Below, piece by piece: positions 50,037-59,840 of a DNA stretch of 64,000 nt (position 1 is its first letter; each line of letters opens with the position of its first letter). The stretch comes from Desulfobacterales bacterium (GTDB lineage Bacteria > Desulfobacterota > Desulfobacteria > Desulfobacterales > UBA5852). Both the position numbers and the translations under genes were made by a program. The DNA lies in contig CAXXVS010000002.1 of NCBI GenBank assembly GCA_963674755.2, forward strand, positions 64,001-128,000, in the 5' to 3' direction. The notes under the pieces were generated by a model, which saw only the letters and a list, made by a program, of their open reading frames with translations, ran no database searches and was not told the DNA's origin.

Positions 50037-50230
50037 GTTACTTTTCTTTCGCGTGAAAGAAAAGTAACCAAAAGAAAACGCCCGTGTCCCGCTTCAACCT
50101 GCGCGTCGTCGACACGGCCGGAGCGCGCGGAAACTCGCCCGCCTTCGCCAAGGCTACGGCGGACTCAAACAGTCCGCGCGCTTTTATCCGGCCGCGTCGC
50201 CGATGCTCGGCGCGGGACAAAGGGGAATTT
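50037..50230. repeat. Palindromic repeat family B, copy 2, with a nested REP-like hairpin
   Basis: Near-identical to 30829-30995, with insert ccgccttcgccaaggctacggcgga (50139-50163). A similar free hairpin occurs at 19896-19920. Confidence 0.85.
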
Positions 50231-50328
50231 CCCCACCATATGCATGAACCTCATGGACCATCAGTTTCAACAGAGGATTGCCGTATTCGTTCAAGGTCAA
50301 CGCCGAGATTGGGCGAATGCTGCAACAC

Positions 50329-51492
50329 TCAGCGGTTGGCTTTGCGGTAGCCCAGCTGATCCAACGCAATAATCCACTTGCAGATGTTGGCCGAGCCTTC
50401 CACCATGGTATAGGTGGGGGCGTCCCGGTAGTAACGCGCCACCGGGTATTCGGTGGAATAGCCGTAGGCCCCCAGGATGCGCATGGCGTAGTTGGCGCAC
50501 TTGACGGCCGTCTCCCCGGCCAGGTACTTGGCCATGGCCACATCCAGGCCGTTGTTGAGCCGGCCCTGGTCCTTGGCCCAGGCCGCCTTGTAGACCAGCA
50601 ACCGGGAGGCTTCGATTTCGGTGGCCATCTGGGCGATCATGTCCTGGTTCATTTGGTACTCGCCGATGGGCTTGCCGAATTGTTTACGTTCGTTGCAATA
50701 TTTCAAAACCGTTTCCAGACAGGCCTGGGCCAGGCCCACGGCACCGGCGGCGGCCGACAGGCGGGTCTGGTTGAGGGAGCCGAAGACGATCTTGGCCCCG
50801 TCGCCCGGCTGGCCGATGATGTTTTCCTTGGGGACACGGGTGTCCGTTAGAAATACCTCCCCGGTGGGCGAGGAGTGGGATCCCATTTTTTCCAGGGTGG
50901 TCGTTTTGATGCCGTTGAAGTTTTTCAGCTCGACCACGAAGGCCGAAAGCCCCTTGGCACCCATGGACTTATCCGTATAGGCGTAATAAATGACCACATC
51001 GCCCACGGGGGCGTTGGAGATCCAGGTTTTGGAGCCGTTAAGCAGCCAGTGGTCGCCCTTGTCCTCGGCCGTGGAGCTCATGGCCATGACATCCGAGCCG
51101 GCATCCGGTTCGGTGATGCCGAAGCCGCCCACATATTCGGCCCGCACAAGTTTGGGGACATATTTGGCGGCCAGGTCCGCGCTGCCGTAGTGGTAAATCG
51201 TGTAGGCGCATCCCAGGGTCTGCATGTTGATCTGGACCCGCAGGGAGCTTGACGCCCGGGCGATTTCTTCGGTAACGATCATGGCCGAGAGCCAGCCCAT
51301 GTCCTCGCCGTCGTATTTTTCGGGGATCACGGTGCCGAACAGGCCCAGTTCGGCCATGGGCCGCATGGCCTCCTCGTAGGGGAAATGGTGGTCGGCGTCC
51401 CACTCGTCCGCATGGGGGGCAATCTGTTTGTTGGCAAATTCCCGGACGGCTTTCCTCAGCATCTCGAGCTCTTTGGGCAGTGCAAAATCCAC
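50329..51492 (-). CDS. acd: Glutaryl-CoA dehydrogenase (non-decarboxylating)
   Basis: Acyl-CoA dehydrogenase motifs (FGITEPDAGSD, GSKTWISN, RKQFGKPIG, GAYGYSTEY, MVEGSANI); closely resembles the Desulfococcus multivorans enzyme as recalled; next to the gcd genes. Confidence 0.9.
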   Translation of the reverse strand: MDFALPKELEMLRKAVREFANKQIAPHADEWDADHHFPYEEAMRPMAELGLFGTVIPEKYDGEDMGWLSAMIVTEEIARASSSLRVQINMQTLGCAYTIYHYGSADLAAKYVPKLVRAEYVGGFGITEPDAGSDVMAMSSTAEDKGDHWLLNGSKTWISNAPVGDVVIYYAYTDKSMGAKGLSAFVVELKNFNGIKTTTLEKMGSHSSPTGEVFLTDTRVPKENIIGQPGDGAKIVFGSLNQTRLSAAAGAVGLAQACLETVLKYCNERKQFGKPIGEYQMNQDMIAQMATEIEASRLLVYKAAWAKDQGRLNNGLDVAMAKYLAGETAVKCANYAMRILGAYGYSTEYPVARYYRDAPTYTMVEGSANICKWIIALDQLGYRKANR

Positions 51493-51526
51493 GGTTGGCT
51501 TCCTTTTCTTCCTTATAGTAAAACAT

Positions 51527-52828
51527 TTACGAACGGTTGATTATCTTCTCGACGACCGCCATGGCCAGTTCGTGGACTTTGCCTTTGAAGCGCAGGTCGA
51601 GGGCGGTCTGCAGCATGGCCGGGTTGGCGACGGTATTGCGGGCGGCTATCAGGGCCAGGGCGGCCAGGGCCCAGTCCGGTTCCCGGATGCCGGCGGCCTT
51701 GAAATCGATGGTTTCAATTTGGGCCCGGCACATTGGCAGGTCGATGCCGGCGGCGCAGATGACAAGGGTTTCTTCCTCAAGCCCGGCCAACATTTCCTTC
51801 CGGCGGGCCACGCCCTCTGGCGCCAGGGCAAGGACGACGGCCGGGCGGTCGATGCCGGTGAAGCCGATGTCGTTTTTGGAGAGAATCACTTCGCTGACGG
51901 AATGACCCCGCAGCACGGTGATGGGGTAGTCGTTTTTCTGGGAGGCCTGCAGCCCGGCCGAGGCTGCGGCCAGGCACAGCAGTTCCCCTGCCGTGACGAT
52001 GCGCTGCCCGGCGCTGCCCAGCAGCACTACCTCCTGGCGGGCTTCCGCCACCGGGGTATGACGGACCGGGATGGCCTGGGGCGCTGCGGCCGGCGGGAGC
52101 GCGGCGGCTTCCCGCCGATAGTGCCGTCCGTACTCCTCCCGGGCGTTTTCTTTCCGAAAACGGACCACCGACGGGAGGGAGGCCAGAGATCCCGCAATGG
52201 ATTGGGGGGAGAGTTTGTTGCGCTTGGTGTAGCGTCCCGGGCAGACGCCCCAGATGTCGAGCAGGGCAAAGCCCTCGAATCGGATGGCCGCCTCCATAAG
52301 CGCTGCCAGATCGGGGTCGTAGGCCGACACCCGCTCCAGATGGGGGGCGCCGGCTGCCCCGGCCACCTGGCAGACGTCCATGGGTTTTTCCAGGCGGTTT
52401 AAGAAGCCCGATCCCACTGCCGCTTCCGGAGGGGTGGTGGAGGAACACTGGCCACCGGTCATGCCGTAGTTGAAATTGTTGAGGACCAGCAGGGTCAGGT
52501 CGATGTTCCGGCGGCAGGTGCTTAGCAGGTGGGCCCCGCCGATGCCCAACCCGCCGTCGCCCATGGTGACCACCACGTGCAGGTCCGGGCGGGCCATCTT
52601 GATGCCGGTGGCATAGGTCAGGGCGCGGCCGTGGAGGCCGTGCAGGGCATGGGTGTGGAAGAAGGTATCGAAGAGGCCGGAACAGCCGATGTCCGATACG
52701 ATGGCGATCTCTTCGCCCTTGAGGCCCATGCCCTGGAAGGCCTTGTCCAGGGCCCCGACGACGCGTTCGTGGGCACACCCCGGACAGAAGACCGGCGGGC
52801 GCTCCTGATTGAGCAGGCTCGGCGTCAT
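51527..52828 (-). CDS. 2-oxoacid:ferredoxin oxidoreductase, beta-gamma fusion
   Basis: FCPGC, DIGCS, LHGRA, GDGG..NNFNYGMTGGQ (TPP site); C-terminal gamma-like GSAGQRIV domain. Confidence 0.88.
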   Translation of the reverse strand: MTPSLLNQERPPVFCPGCAHERVVGALDKAFQGMGLKGEEIAIVSDIGCSGLFDTFFHTHALHGLHGRALTYATGIKMARPDLHVVVTMGDGGLGIGGAHLLSTCRRNIDLTLLVLNNFNYGMTGGQCSSTTPPEAAVGSGFLNRLEKPMDVCQVAGAAGAPHLERVSAYDPDLAALMEAAIRFEGFALLDIWGVCPGRYTKRNKLSPQSIAGSLASLPSVVRFRKENAREEYGRHYRREAAALPPAAAPQAIPVRHTPVAEARQEVVLLGSAGQRIVTAGELLCLAAASAGLQASQKNDYPITVLRGHSVSEVILSKNDIGFTGIDRPAVVLALAPEGVARRKEMLAGLEEETLVICAAGIDLPMCRAQIETIDFKAAGIREPDWALAALALIAARNTVANPAMLQTALDLRFKGKVHELAMAVVEKIINRS

Positions 52829-53943
52829 GGTTCGAGCACCTCCTGTATCTGGCGCGGCTTGATCAGCTCGCCGTTCATCTGACCCAGAAAGCGGACATCG
52901 CGTCCCGGCAGCGCGCGCTGGATCTCGCGCACATATTGACCCAGATTCATTTCCACGACCAGGATGCGGTCATAGCCGGCGGTCTTTTCCCTCAGAAGCG
53001 TTTCGGGGACCGGCCAGAGGGTCTTCAGGACGAGAAGGTCGACGGGCCGTCCGTCCGCCCGAAGCGCCTGAACAGCGGTTTGCGCGGCCCGGGCGGTGAC
53101 GCCGTAAGCGATGACCAGGGTTTGCGCTTCCGGCACGGTATCCGCTTCGAAATAGGTGAAGCGATGCGCCTCGGCGGTGATCTTGCGCTGCAGGCGGTCC
53201 TGGCTGCGTGCGATCAGGTCCGGGTCGGCGGTGATGTAGCCGTCCGGTCCGTGGGTGGACGACGTCTGGCGCACGGGTCGATCGGCGCCGATGGGCAGAA
53301 AATCAGGGACCAGGCGGTCTCCGGCAGTTCCGAAGGGCAGAAAAGGGGCCTGCGCATCAGCTGACCGGCGGTGGACGATCTCCGGCAGGGCAATCGCCTC
53401 AAGATCCACGGTTTCCCGGGTCATGGCGATTTCCTTGTTGGTGGCCAGAAACACCGGACAGCGGTAGCTCTCGGACAGGTTGAAGGCCTGCAGGGTGAGC
53501 ACAATGCAGTCCCGGATGTCAACCGGCGCCAGCACGATGACCGGCAGCCCGCCGCTGTTGCCCCACTGCAGGAACTGGATGTCCCCGTCGGCCCCCTTGG
53601 TGGCGGAGCCGGTGGACGGTCCCAGGCGCTGGACATCGACGATGACGAGCGGGATCTCGCTGCCCACCGCAAAGGAAATCTGCTCGCTATAGAGGCTGAT
53701 GCCGGGCCCGGAAGTGGCCGTCATGGCCTTCCAGCCGGCCATGGATGCCCCCAGGCAAAACCCGATGGAGGCGATTTCATCCTCTCCCTGCAAACAGACA
53801 CCGCCCTCCGGGGGCAGGTAGCGTAGCATGGCGTTGTAGATCGTCGTGGCCGGCGTAATGGGGTAACCGGCGAAGAAACGGCACCCGGCCGCCCGGGCGC
53901 CCCAGGCGATCGCTTCGTTACCTTCCATCAGTGTGAGCGCCAT
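52825..53943 (-). CDS. 2-oxoacid:ferredoxin oxidoreductase, alpha subunit
   Basis: GNEA, FAGYPITP, EDEIAS, TSGPG, QRLGPSTG and VEMNLGQY motifs. Confidence 0.92.
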   Translation of the reverse strand: MALTLMEGNEAIAWGARAAGCRFFAGYPITPATTIYNAMLRYLPPEGGVCLQGEDEIASIGFCLGASMAGWKAMTATSGPGISLYSEQISFAVGSEIPLVIVDVQRLGPSTGSATKGADGDIQFLQWGNSGGLPVIVLAPVDIRDCIVLTLQAFNLSESYRCPVFLATNKEIAMTRETVDLEAIALPEIVHRRSADAQAPFLPFGTAGDRLVPDFLPIGADRPVRQTSSTHGPDGYITADPDLIARSQDRLQRKITAEAHRFTYFEADTVPEAQTLVIAYGVTARAAQTAVQALRADGRPVDLLVLKTLWPVPETLLREKTAGYDRILVVEMNLGQYVREIQRALPGRDVRFLGQMNGELIKPRQIQEVLEP

Positions 53944-53966
53944 GGCGCGTTTCTCCCTATTGCCGG

Positions 53967-54674
53967 TTAGAGGCCGGCCGCCTGTTTGGCCGCGCTGATT
54001 TGCCGCAGCCCCTTCAGGACATGTTCCCGGACCCGCCGGATATGACCGGAGAGCACGCGGCGGGCGGTTTTGATATCGCGCGCCGCGATGCTGTCGAAGA
54101 GGGCCTGGTGGTCGGCGTCGGCCGAGTCCATGGCGTTGGAAAAGAGCAGGTTGCCGCTGTATTTAAGGTATAGGAGATCGAAGAGGTCCCGCAGGATCCG
54201 GCAGTGCACCTGACGACCCGAGAGTTCGGCCAGGGTAAGATGAAACTCCCGGTCCTGCTTGAGGCGTTCGGCTAGATAGACTTCCCGGGAGGCTTTGAGG
54301 TGGGCCTCCAGGGCCGTGCGCAGGGTTCCAAGGCCCCGGGCGTCGATGGTGCGCACCGTATCCGGCAGCAGACGCATCTCCAGGGTTTCGCGCACATCGT
54401 AGATTTCTTCCACTTCCCGGAGATCGACCGGAGCGGTGAAATAGCCCCGGTTGGGCTCGTGCCGCACCAATTGTTGGAACTCCAGCCACTTGAGGGCCTG
54501 GATGACAGGTGTCTGGCTCATCCCCAGCCGTTCGGCCAGATCGCGGTAGGCGATTTTGTGTCCGGGCGTTAGCTCGTTGTGGAGCATCATGCTGCGGATG
54601 CCGAGATAGGCCTTGCGGGTGTGGCCCATGGCGCCGTTGGCGGCTTCGGAAGTTTTAGGAGGGCGCTGTGCCAT
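53967..54674 (-). CDS. GntR-family regulator (FCD domain)
   Basis: DLAERLGMSQTPVIQAL..PNRGY. Confidence 0.9.
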   Translation of the reverse strand: MAQRPPKTSEAANGAMGHTRKAYLGIRSMMLHNELTPGHKIAYRDLAERLGMSQTPVIQALKWLEFQQLVRHEPNRGYFTAPVDLREVEEIYDVRETLEMRLLPDTVRTIDARGLGTLRTALEAHLKASREVYLAERLKQDREFHLTLAELSGRQVHCRILRDLFDLLYLKYSGNLLFSNAMDSADADHQALFDSIAARDIKTARRVLSGHIRRVREHVLKGLRQISAAKQAAGL

Positions 54675-54697
54675 GTCATGTGATCCGTTATTCAATC

Positions 54698-54717
54698 AAA
54701 AATTTGATCAAATTTTT
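54698..54717. promoter_or_regulatory. Perfect 20-bp palindrome, putative GntR operator
   Basis: aaaaatttgatcaaattttt just upstream of the GntR start; TTGACA on the minus strand at 54744-54739. Confidence 0.6.
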
Positions 54718-54747
54718 TATCTGACAATCCGCGCCGGTTGTCAAGCC

Positions 54748-54785
54748 CGATTTCGCGGCCGGCCGTGATGGCCGCCGCGAAATCG
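54748..54785 (-). terminator. GC-rich hairpin downstream of gnd
   Basis: cgatttcgcggc...gccgcgaaatcg; U-tract is weak. Confidence 0.45.
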
Positions 54786-54829
54786 AAACGGCAGGGACGG
54801 CTGGCGGATGGCATGGCGAGGCGGCCGGG

Positions 54830-56272
54830 TCAGGGATGCGGGGCGGTCCACTCGGTATGGAAGAAGGTTCCGCGGGGGCGGTCGACGCGTTCGTAGGTGT
54901 GGGCGCCGAAGAAATCCCGCTGGGCCTGCAGCAGGTTGGCCGGCAGGCGGGCGCAACGCAGGCCGTCGTAGTAAGTCAGGGCGCCGGCCAGGGCCGGTAT
55001 GGGGAGACCGTGCCGGAGAGCGGCGGCCGCGATCCGGCGCCAGCCCGTCTGGGCCTGGCGGAGCTTCTCCCGGAAGAAGGGGGCCAGAACGAGATGGGAA
55101 AGATCGGGAGCGGTCTGAAAGGCTTCGGCGATGGGATCCAGAAAACCCGAGCGGATGATGCAGCCGCTGCGCCAGACCTTGGCGATGTCACTGTAGTTCA
55201 AGGCCCAGTCATAGGTGGCGGAGCCCTCCCGCAGAAGCGTGAAGCCCTGGGCGTAGGAAATGATCTTGGCCGCCAGCAGGGCCTGTTCCAGGTCGGTCAC
55301 AAAGGTCTTGGCGTCCGGCACCGGCGGGCAATCGGCAGGTGGGGCTAAAATTTCGGCCGCAGCCACCCGTTCATCTTTGAGGGCCGAAAGGTAGCGGGCG
55401 AAGACCGATTCGCCGATGAGGGTCAGGGGTACTCCCAGGTCGAGGGCGGCCACCGCGGTCCAGCGGCCCGTGCCTTTTTGGCCGGCGGTGTCCAGAATGC
55501 GCTCCAGCAGAAGCTCGCCGTCCGGTTCCCGGTAGGCCAGGATGGCGGCCGTGATTTCGATCAGGTAGCTTTGCAGGTCCCCCCGGTTCCAGGTTTCGAA
55601 GATGGTGGACATGGCATCACCGGGAAGGCGCAGCAGATTCCGCATGAGGTGATAGGCCTCGGCGATGAGCTGCATGTCGCCGTATTCGATGCCGTTGTGG
55701 ATCATCTTGACAAAATGTCCGGCGCCTCCCGGCCCCATCCAGCGGCAGCAGGGCGCGCCGTCCGGCGCCCGGGCGGCGATGGCTTCGAACAAGGGGCGCA
55801 GGGTCTCCCAGGCGGCCGGCGATCCGCCCGGCATGATGGCGGGTCCCTTGAGGGCGCCTTCTTCCCCTCCGGACACGCCGGCGCCCACATAGAGCAGCCC
55901 CTGCCGCTCCACCTCGGCCATGCGCCGTTCGGTGTCGCCATAGTTGGAATTGCCGCCGTCCACGATGATATCGCCCCTGGACATCAGGGGGATCAGGGCT
56001 TCGATGGTGTCTTGGACGGGGGTGCCGGCCTTGACCATCAGCATGACCCGGCGGGGCGGTTTGAGGTTCTGGACCAGTTCTTCAAGGGACGCGGCGGCAA
56101 TGAAGCGTTTGCCGGCCGCGCGGCCGTCCATGAAGGCGCGGGTCTTCGCGGCGGTGCGGTTATAGACGGCCACCGTAAATCCCCGGCTTTCCATGTTCAG
56201 GGCCAGATTTTCGCCCATCACGGCCAGGCCGATGAGGCCGATGTCGGCTTGGGGTGGGTTGCGGTCGCTCAT
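54830..56272 (-). CDS. gnd: 6-phosphogluconate dehydrogenase, decarboxylating
   Basis: IGLAVMG, VSGGEEGA, KMIHNGIEYGDMQ, GQKGTG and QAQRDFFGAH motifs. Confidence 0.96.
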   Translation of the reverse strand: MSDRNPPQADIGLIGLAVMGENLALNMESRGFTVAVYNRTAAKTRAFMDGRAAGKRFIAAASLEELVQNLKPPRRVMLMVKAGTPVQDTIEALIPLMSRGDIIVDGGNSNYGDTERRMAEVERQGLLYVGAGVSGGEEGALKGPAIMPGGSPAAWETLRPLFEAIAARAPDGAPCCRWMGPGGAGHFVKMIHNGIEYGDMQLIAEAYHLMRNLLRLPGDAMSTIFETWNRGDLQSYLIEITAAILAYREPDGELLLERILDTAGQKGTGRWTAVAALDLGVPLTLIGESVFARYLSALKDERVAAAEILAPPADCPPVPDAKTFVTDLEQALLAAKIISYAQGFTLLREGSATYDWALNYSDIAKVWRSGCIIRSGFLDPIAEAFQTAPDLSHLVLAPFFREKLRQAQTGWRRIAAAALRHGLPIPALAGALTYYDGLRCARLPANLLQAQRDFFGAHTYERVDRPRGTFFHTEWTAPHP

Positions 56273-56368
56273 TAGACAATTATTCCTTTGAAATAGGTGT
56301 TACGATGGCAATTTTAAATGCCAACCCATTGAGATTTTGTTCCGGTCGTGAAATTTCGTTCGAAATCT

Positions 56369-56505
56369 TCCACCTTTGGTGGAGGCCCCGACGATGCTCG
56401 GCACATGACAAAGGGAAATTCAATTCCAAAACCTTGGAAACCGTCTATAGTCGGAGCGCTATGAAACTACCTGAAGCCACCGGCTATGCAGGAGGGGGCT
56501 CACTG
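56369..56505. repeat. Palindromic repeat family B, internally deleted copy
   Basis: ccacctttggtggagg followed by cgatgctcggc..gacaaagggaaattcaa..ccaaaacc...ggaggggg ctca matches both ends of 30758-31082. Confidence 0.7.
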
Positions 56506-56996
56506 GTAACTATGCCGGTCAAAGCCGCCACGATCCGGGTCACGATCGTCTCCGGATCGGCGTCGATATCCACACTCAGGCCGCCATCGGGTTTTTCCAG
56601 GGTATCGAGCTGGCTGCGCAGCAGCTCCGGCGGCATGAAGTGGCCCCGGCGGTCGGCCAGACGACGCTGCAAGAGGTCGAAGGTCCCCCGCAGATAGACG
56701 GTCCTGACAGTCTGCTGATCCACCCCGAGCAAGTCCCGGTAGGATTGCTTGAGGGCGGAACAGGCCAGAACGGCGGATTTCCCGGCCTGCATAAGGCGTT
56801 CCATTTCCCGGCGCAAAGCCAGCAGCCAGGGGCGGCGGTCGTCGTCGTTCAGGGGCTGTCCGCTGTGCATCTTGGCCACGTTGGCCGCCGGGTGGTAGTC
56901 GTCGCCGTCTATAAAGGCCCATCCCAGGTGCCGGGCCAGGCGGCGTCCGATGGTGGTCTTGCCGCAGCCCGTGGGGCCCATGAGAATAAGAATCAT
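56484..56996 (-). CDS. gntK: Gluconokinase
   Basis: MGPTGCGKTT, DGDDYHP, PLNDDDR.PWL, ACSALK and HFMP..LL.SQL motifs. Confidence 0.93.
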   Translation of the reverse strand: MILILMGPTGCGKTTIGRRLARHLGWAFIDGDDYHPAANVAKMHSGQPLNDDDRRPWLLALRREMERLMQAGKSAVLACSALKQSYRDLLGVDQQTVRTVYLRGTFDLLQRRLADRRGHFMPPELLRSQLDTLEKPDGGLSVDIDADPETIVTRIVAALTGIVTSEPPPA

Positions 56997-56997
56997 G

Positions 56998-58413
56998 TCA
57001 GTCCGCGTCAATTCCGAAGTAGTTCACGGCATTGTGGTAGCAAATGTCTTGTACCATCCCGCCTATAAAGTCGAAGTCGTGAGGCAATTCGCCCTGTTCA
57101 ATATCGGTTCCCAGAAGATTGCACAACACACGACGGAAGTATTCGTGGCGTGGATAGGAGAGAAAGCTGCGGGAGTCGGTGAGCATGCCCACGAAACGGC
57201 TGAGCAGCCCCATGTTCGAAAGGGCGTTGAGCTGGCGCTGCATGCCGTCCTTCTGGTCGTTGAACCACCAGCCCGATCCGAACTGAATCTTGCCGGGTAC
57301 CGTGCCGTCCTGGAAGTTGCCGATCATGGTGGCCACGAGATCGTTGTCCCTGGGGTTGAGGACATAGAGGATGGTGCGGGCCAGGCGGTCTTCGCTTGCC
57401 AAACGGTCGAGGAAACATGCCAGGGGGGCGGCCAGCAGTTCGTCACCCATGGAATCGTATCCGGTATCGGGGCCTAATTCCCGGAAGGCGCGGGAATTGG
57501 TGTTGCGCAAGGCGCCGAAATGAAACTGCTGGGTCCAGTTCCGTTCGGCATCCATGCGGGCCAGCTCCAGCAGCAGGGCGCTTTTAAACTGCTCTGTCTC
57601 CAGCGCCGTCGGGAGTTCGTTGCGGCGCACCTTGGCGAAGATGCGCACGATGTCGTCCGGAGTGAAATGGGTGGCATAGGGACGCTCCAGGCCGTGGTCG
57701 GACAGGCGGCAGCCGGTCCGGTGGAAAAACGCGTGGCGGGCCTTCAAAGCGGCCAGCAGGGCATCGTAGTCGGCAATGGGAATGCCGGAGACGGCGGCGA
57801 GCCGGTCGAGATACGGGTTGTAGACCGCCGGATCTTCCACGGCCATGGCCTTGTCCGGCCGGAAGGCCGGCAAGACCTTGACCGTGAAATCCGGGTCGGC
57901 CGCCAGAGCCCGGTGGTGTTCGAGGTCGTCCGTGGGGTCGTCCGTGGTGCAGACCACCTTGACCTTCATGCGGGTCAGGATGGCCCGCGTGCTGAAATCC
58001 GGGCTCTGCAGGAGGGCGCCGGCACGGTCATAGATCTCCCGGGCACTATCCGGATCGAGGAGACGGTCCGTGATGCCGAAATAGCGTTTTAGTTCCAGGT
58101 GGGTCCAGTGGTAGAGCGGGTTGCGCAGGGTTTTGGGCACGGTGGCGGCCCAGGCCGCAAATTTCTCCCAGTCCTCCGCCGCTCCCGTAACAAAGCGCTC
58201 CGGAATGCCGTTGGCCCGCATGGCCCGCCACTTGTAGTGGTCGCCGTAGAGCCAGATTTGGGTCAGGTTGGGGAAGATGCGGTCGGCGGCGATGTCTTCC
58301 ACCGGCAAGTGGCAGTGGTAGTCGAAGATGGGCATGGCTTCGGCATAATCGTGGTAGAGGCGGCGTGCGGCCGCCGTCTGCAGGAGAAAATCTTCGGAGA
58401 GAAAGGGCGTCAC
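56998..58413 (-). CDS. uxaC: Glucuronate/galacturonate (uronate) isomerase
   Basis: DYHCHL, GDHYKWRAMR, NPLYHWTHLEL, GSGWWFND and DSRSFLSYPRHEYFRR motifs. Confidence 0.96.
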   Translation of the reverse strand: MTPFLSEDFLLQTAAARRLYHDYAEAMPIFDYHCHLPVEDIAADRIFPNLTQIWLYGDHYKWRAMRANGIPERFVTGAAEDWEKFAAWAATVPKTLRNPLYHWTHLELKRYFGITDRLLDPDSAREIYDRAGALLQSPDFSTRAILTRMKVKVVCTTDDPTDDLEHHRALAADPDFTVKVLPAFRPDKAMAVEDPAVYNPYLDRLAAVSGIPIADYDALLAALKARHAFFHRTGCRLSDHGLERPYATHFTPDDIVRIFAKVRRNELPTALETEQFKSALLLELARMDAERNWTQQFHFGALRNTNSRAFRELGPDTGYDSMGDELLAAPLACFLDRLASEDRLARTILYVLNPRDNDLVATMIGNFQDGTVPGKIQFGSGWWFNDQKDGMQRQLNALSNMGLLSRFVGMLTDSRSFLSYPRHEYFRRVLCNLLGTDIEQGELPHDFDFIGGMVQDICYHNAVNYFGIDAD

Positions 58414-58422
58414 AGGATCCTC

Positions 58423-59682
58423 CTAATTGAGTTTGTAAAGCATCTCACCGGCATGTTCGACCACAAGGATGCTTTCATCTTCCTTGTGACGGTAGTCTTC
58501 GATCCGAATACCGGCGGGGTCCATGTAGCCCAGATTGATCCGGCGGCAGACCGCCTCGGGGATGCCGGTGGCCAGGACGACGTCGATGCGTGGCCGCTCC
58601 ACCCCGTTTTCATAGGTGCCGGTGCCCCGCACATGGGTCGAGTGGGCCAGGATGCCGCGGGGGATGTCCCGGAAGCGGTCCATCTGTTCTAAGAAGTAAT
58701 CCCGCACGTGGTAGCCGACCTTTTCGATCAGCGGCCCCCAGGTGCGCGAGACATGGCGGATGTGGGGGCCGTAGATGATGAGTTGGCCTCCGTCCGCCAC
58801 CACCTGCTCCAGCTTGTACATGACCTTGCCGGCCACCCAGATCTCGTCGTACATGGCGGGCGCTTCGCCCAGAACCGTGGCAAACGGTGCCTGCCGGTAG
58901 GCAATGTGCACTTGGCCGGACAGATCGGCGGCCCGGGACCAGGATTCGATCACGTCGCCCACGTAAAGCCCGCAGAGCTGGTTGGCCGGGGTGACCACCA
59001 TGGCCATATTGTGAACCGGCACCTTGACCATTTCCAGGGCCCGATGGATGACGGCCCGCACGGGCGTGTCCCGGGTGCCGATGATGCCCGCGCAGGTGAT
59101 GACCGCCCCCAGCCAGTGGAAGAAATGCAGAAAGTCCCCGCCGGCAATGCCGGGGAAGAGGTATTTGGCTCCGCCCGAAAAGCCCACCACCTCATGGGGG
59201 AAGACCGGTCCCAGGATCAGAATCAGGTCGTAGTCGAAGATGGCGCGGTTGATGGTGACGGGCACGCGCTCTTGCAGGCGTCCCTGGGAGAAGGCGCCGA
59301 TTTCGTCGGCTTCGATGTGGCCGATGGGGGTCAGGGTATCGGGGAGATCCCAGCGGTGGTTGCGGAAGCGGCAGCCGGCGAAGCGCTCGGCCCGCATGGC
59401 GGGCGTGATGCCATAGAGGGCGAGAATGTCCTTTTCCGGCAGGGGCGGGTGGGTCCCCAGGGCTACCATGAAATCCAGGGCCCGGCAGTGGGGTGCGACG
59501 ATGTCCCGCACGGCCCGGATCATCATGGGCAGGGGGCAGGTGCGGGTGGCATCCGGGGTCAATACGAGTACCCGTTTGCCGGCGTAGAGCACGCGGGGCG
59601 TGCCGGCCTCGATGAGGTCGTGGACGTCTTCCGCGGAGAGGATCAGGTCGGGTCGGCCGGTTCCGGAAATCATGACGGGCAT
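58423..59682 (-). CDS. LarA-family nickel-pincer epimerase, candidate mannonate/gluconate 2-epimerase (GntE-like)
   Basis: PDATR, ALGTH and PHEVVGFSGGAK LarA motifs; lies between the SDR and uxaC-gntK. Confidence 0.8.
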   Translation of the reverse strand: MPVMISGTGRPDLILSAEDVHDLIEAGTPRVLYAGKRVLVLTPDATRTCPLPMMIRAVRDIVAPHCRALDFMVALGTHPPLPEKDILALYGITPAMRAERFAGCRFRNHRWDLPDTLTPIGHIEADEIGAFSQGRLQERVPVTINRAIFDYDLILILGPVFPHEVVGFSGGAKYLFPGIAGGDFLHFFHWLGAVITCAGIIGTRDTPVRAVIHRALEMVKVPVHNMAMVVTPANQLCGLYVGDVIESWSRAADLSGQVHIAYRQAPFATVLGEAPAMYDEIWVAGKVMYKLEQVVADGGQLIIYGPHIRHVSRTWGPLIEKVGYHVRDYFLEQMDRFRDIPRGILAHSTHVRGTGTYENGVERPRIDVVLATGIPEAVCRRINLGYMDPAGIRIEDYRHKEDESILVVEHAGEMLYKLN

Positions 59683-59695
59683 TCCTTGTTACCTA

Positions 59696-59837
59696 GTGTT
59701 CATCCCGAGATGGTAGATTTTGGTTCCTGGTAAGGCCGCAGCCGACGGGCGCCCGCAGGCGTAGCCCGCTACGCCGAGGACCGACAGGAGGCGAGAACGC
59801 CGCCAGGGACCAAAAGATGCCATCTCGGGGTGGACAC
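59696..59837. repeat. MITE/REPIN-like element, family A, copy 6 (minimal ~142-nt form, opposite orientation)
   Basis: TA-gtgttcatcccgagatgg...ccatctcggggtggacac. Confidence 0.85.
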
Positions 59838-59840
59838 TCC

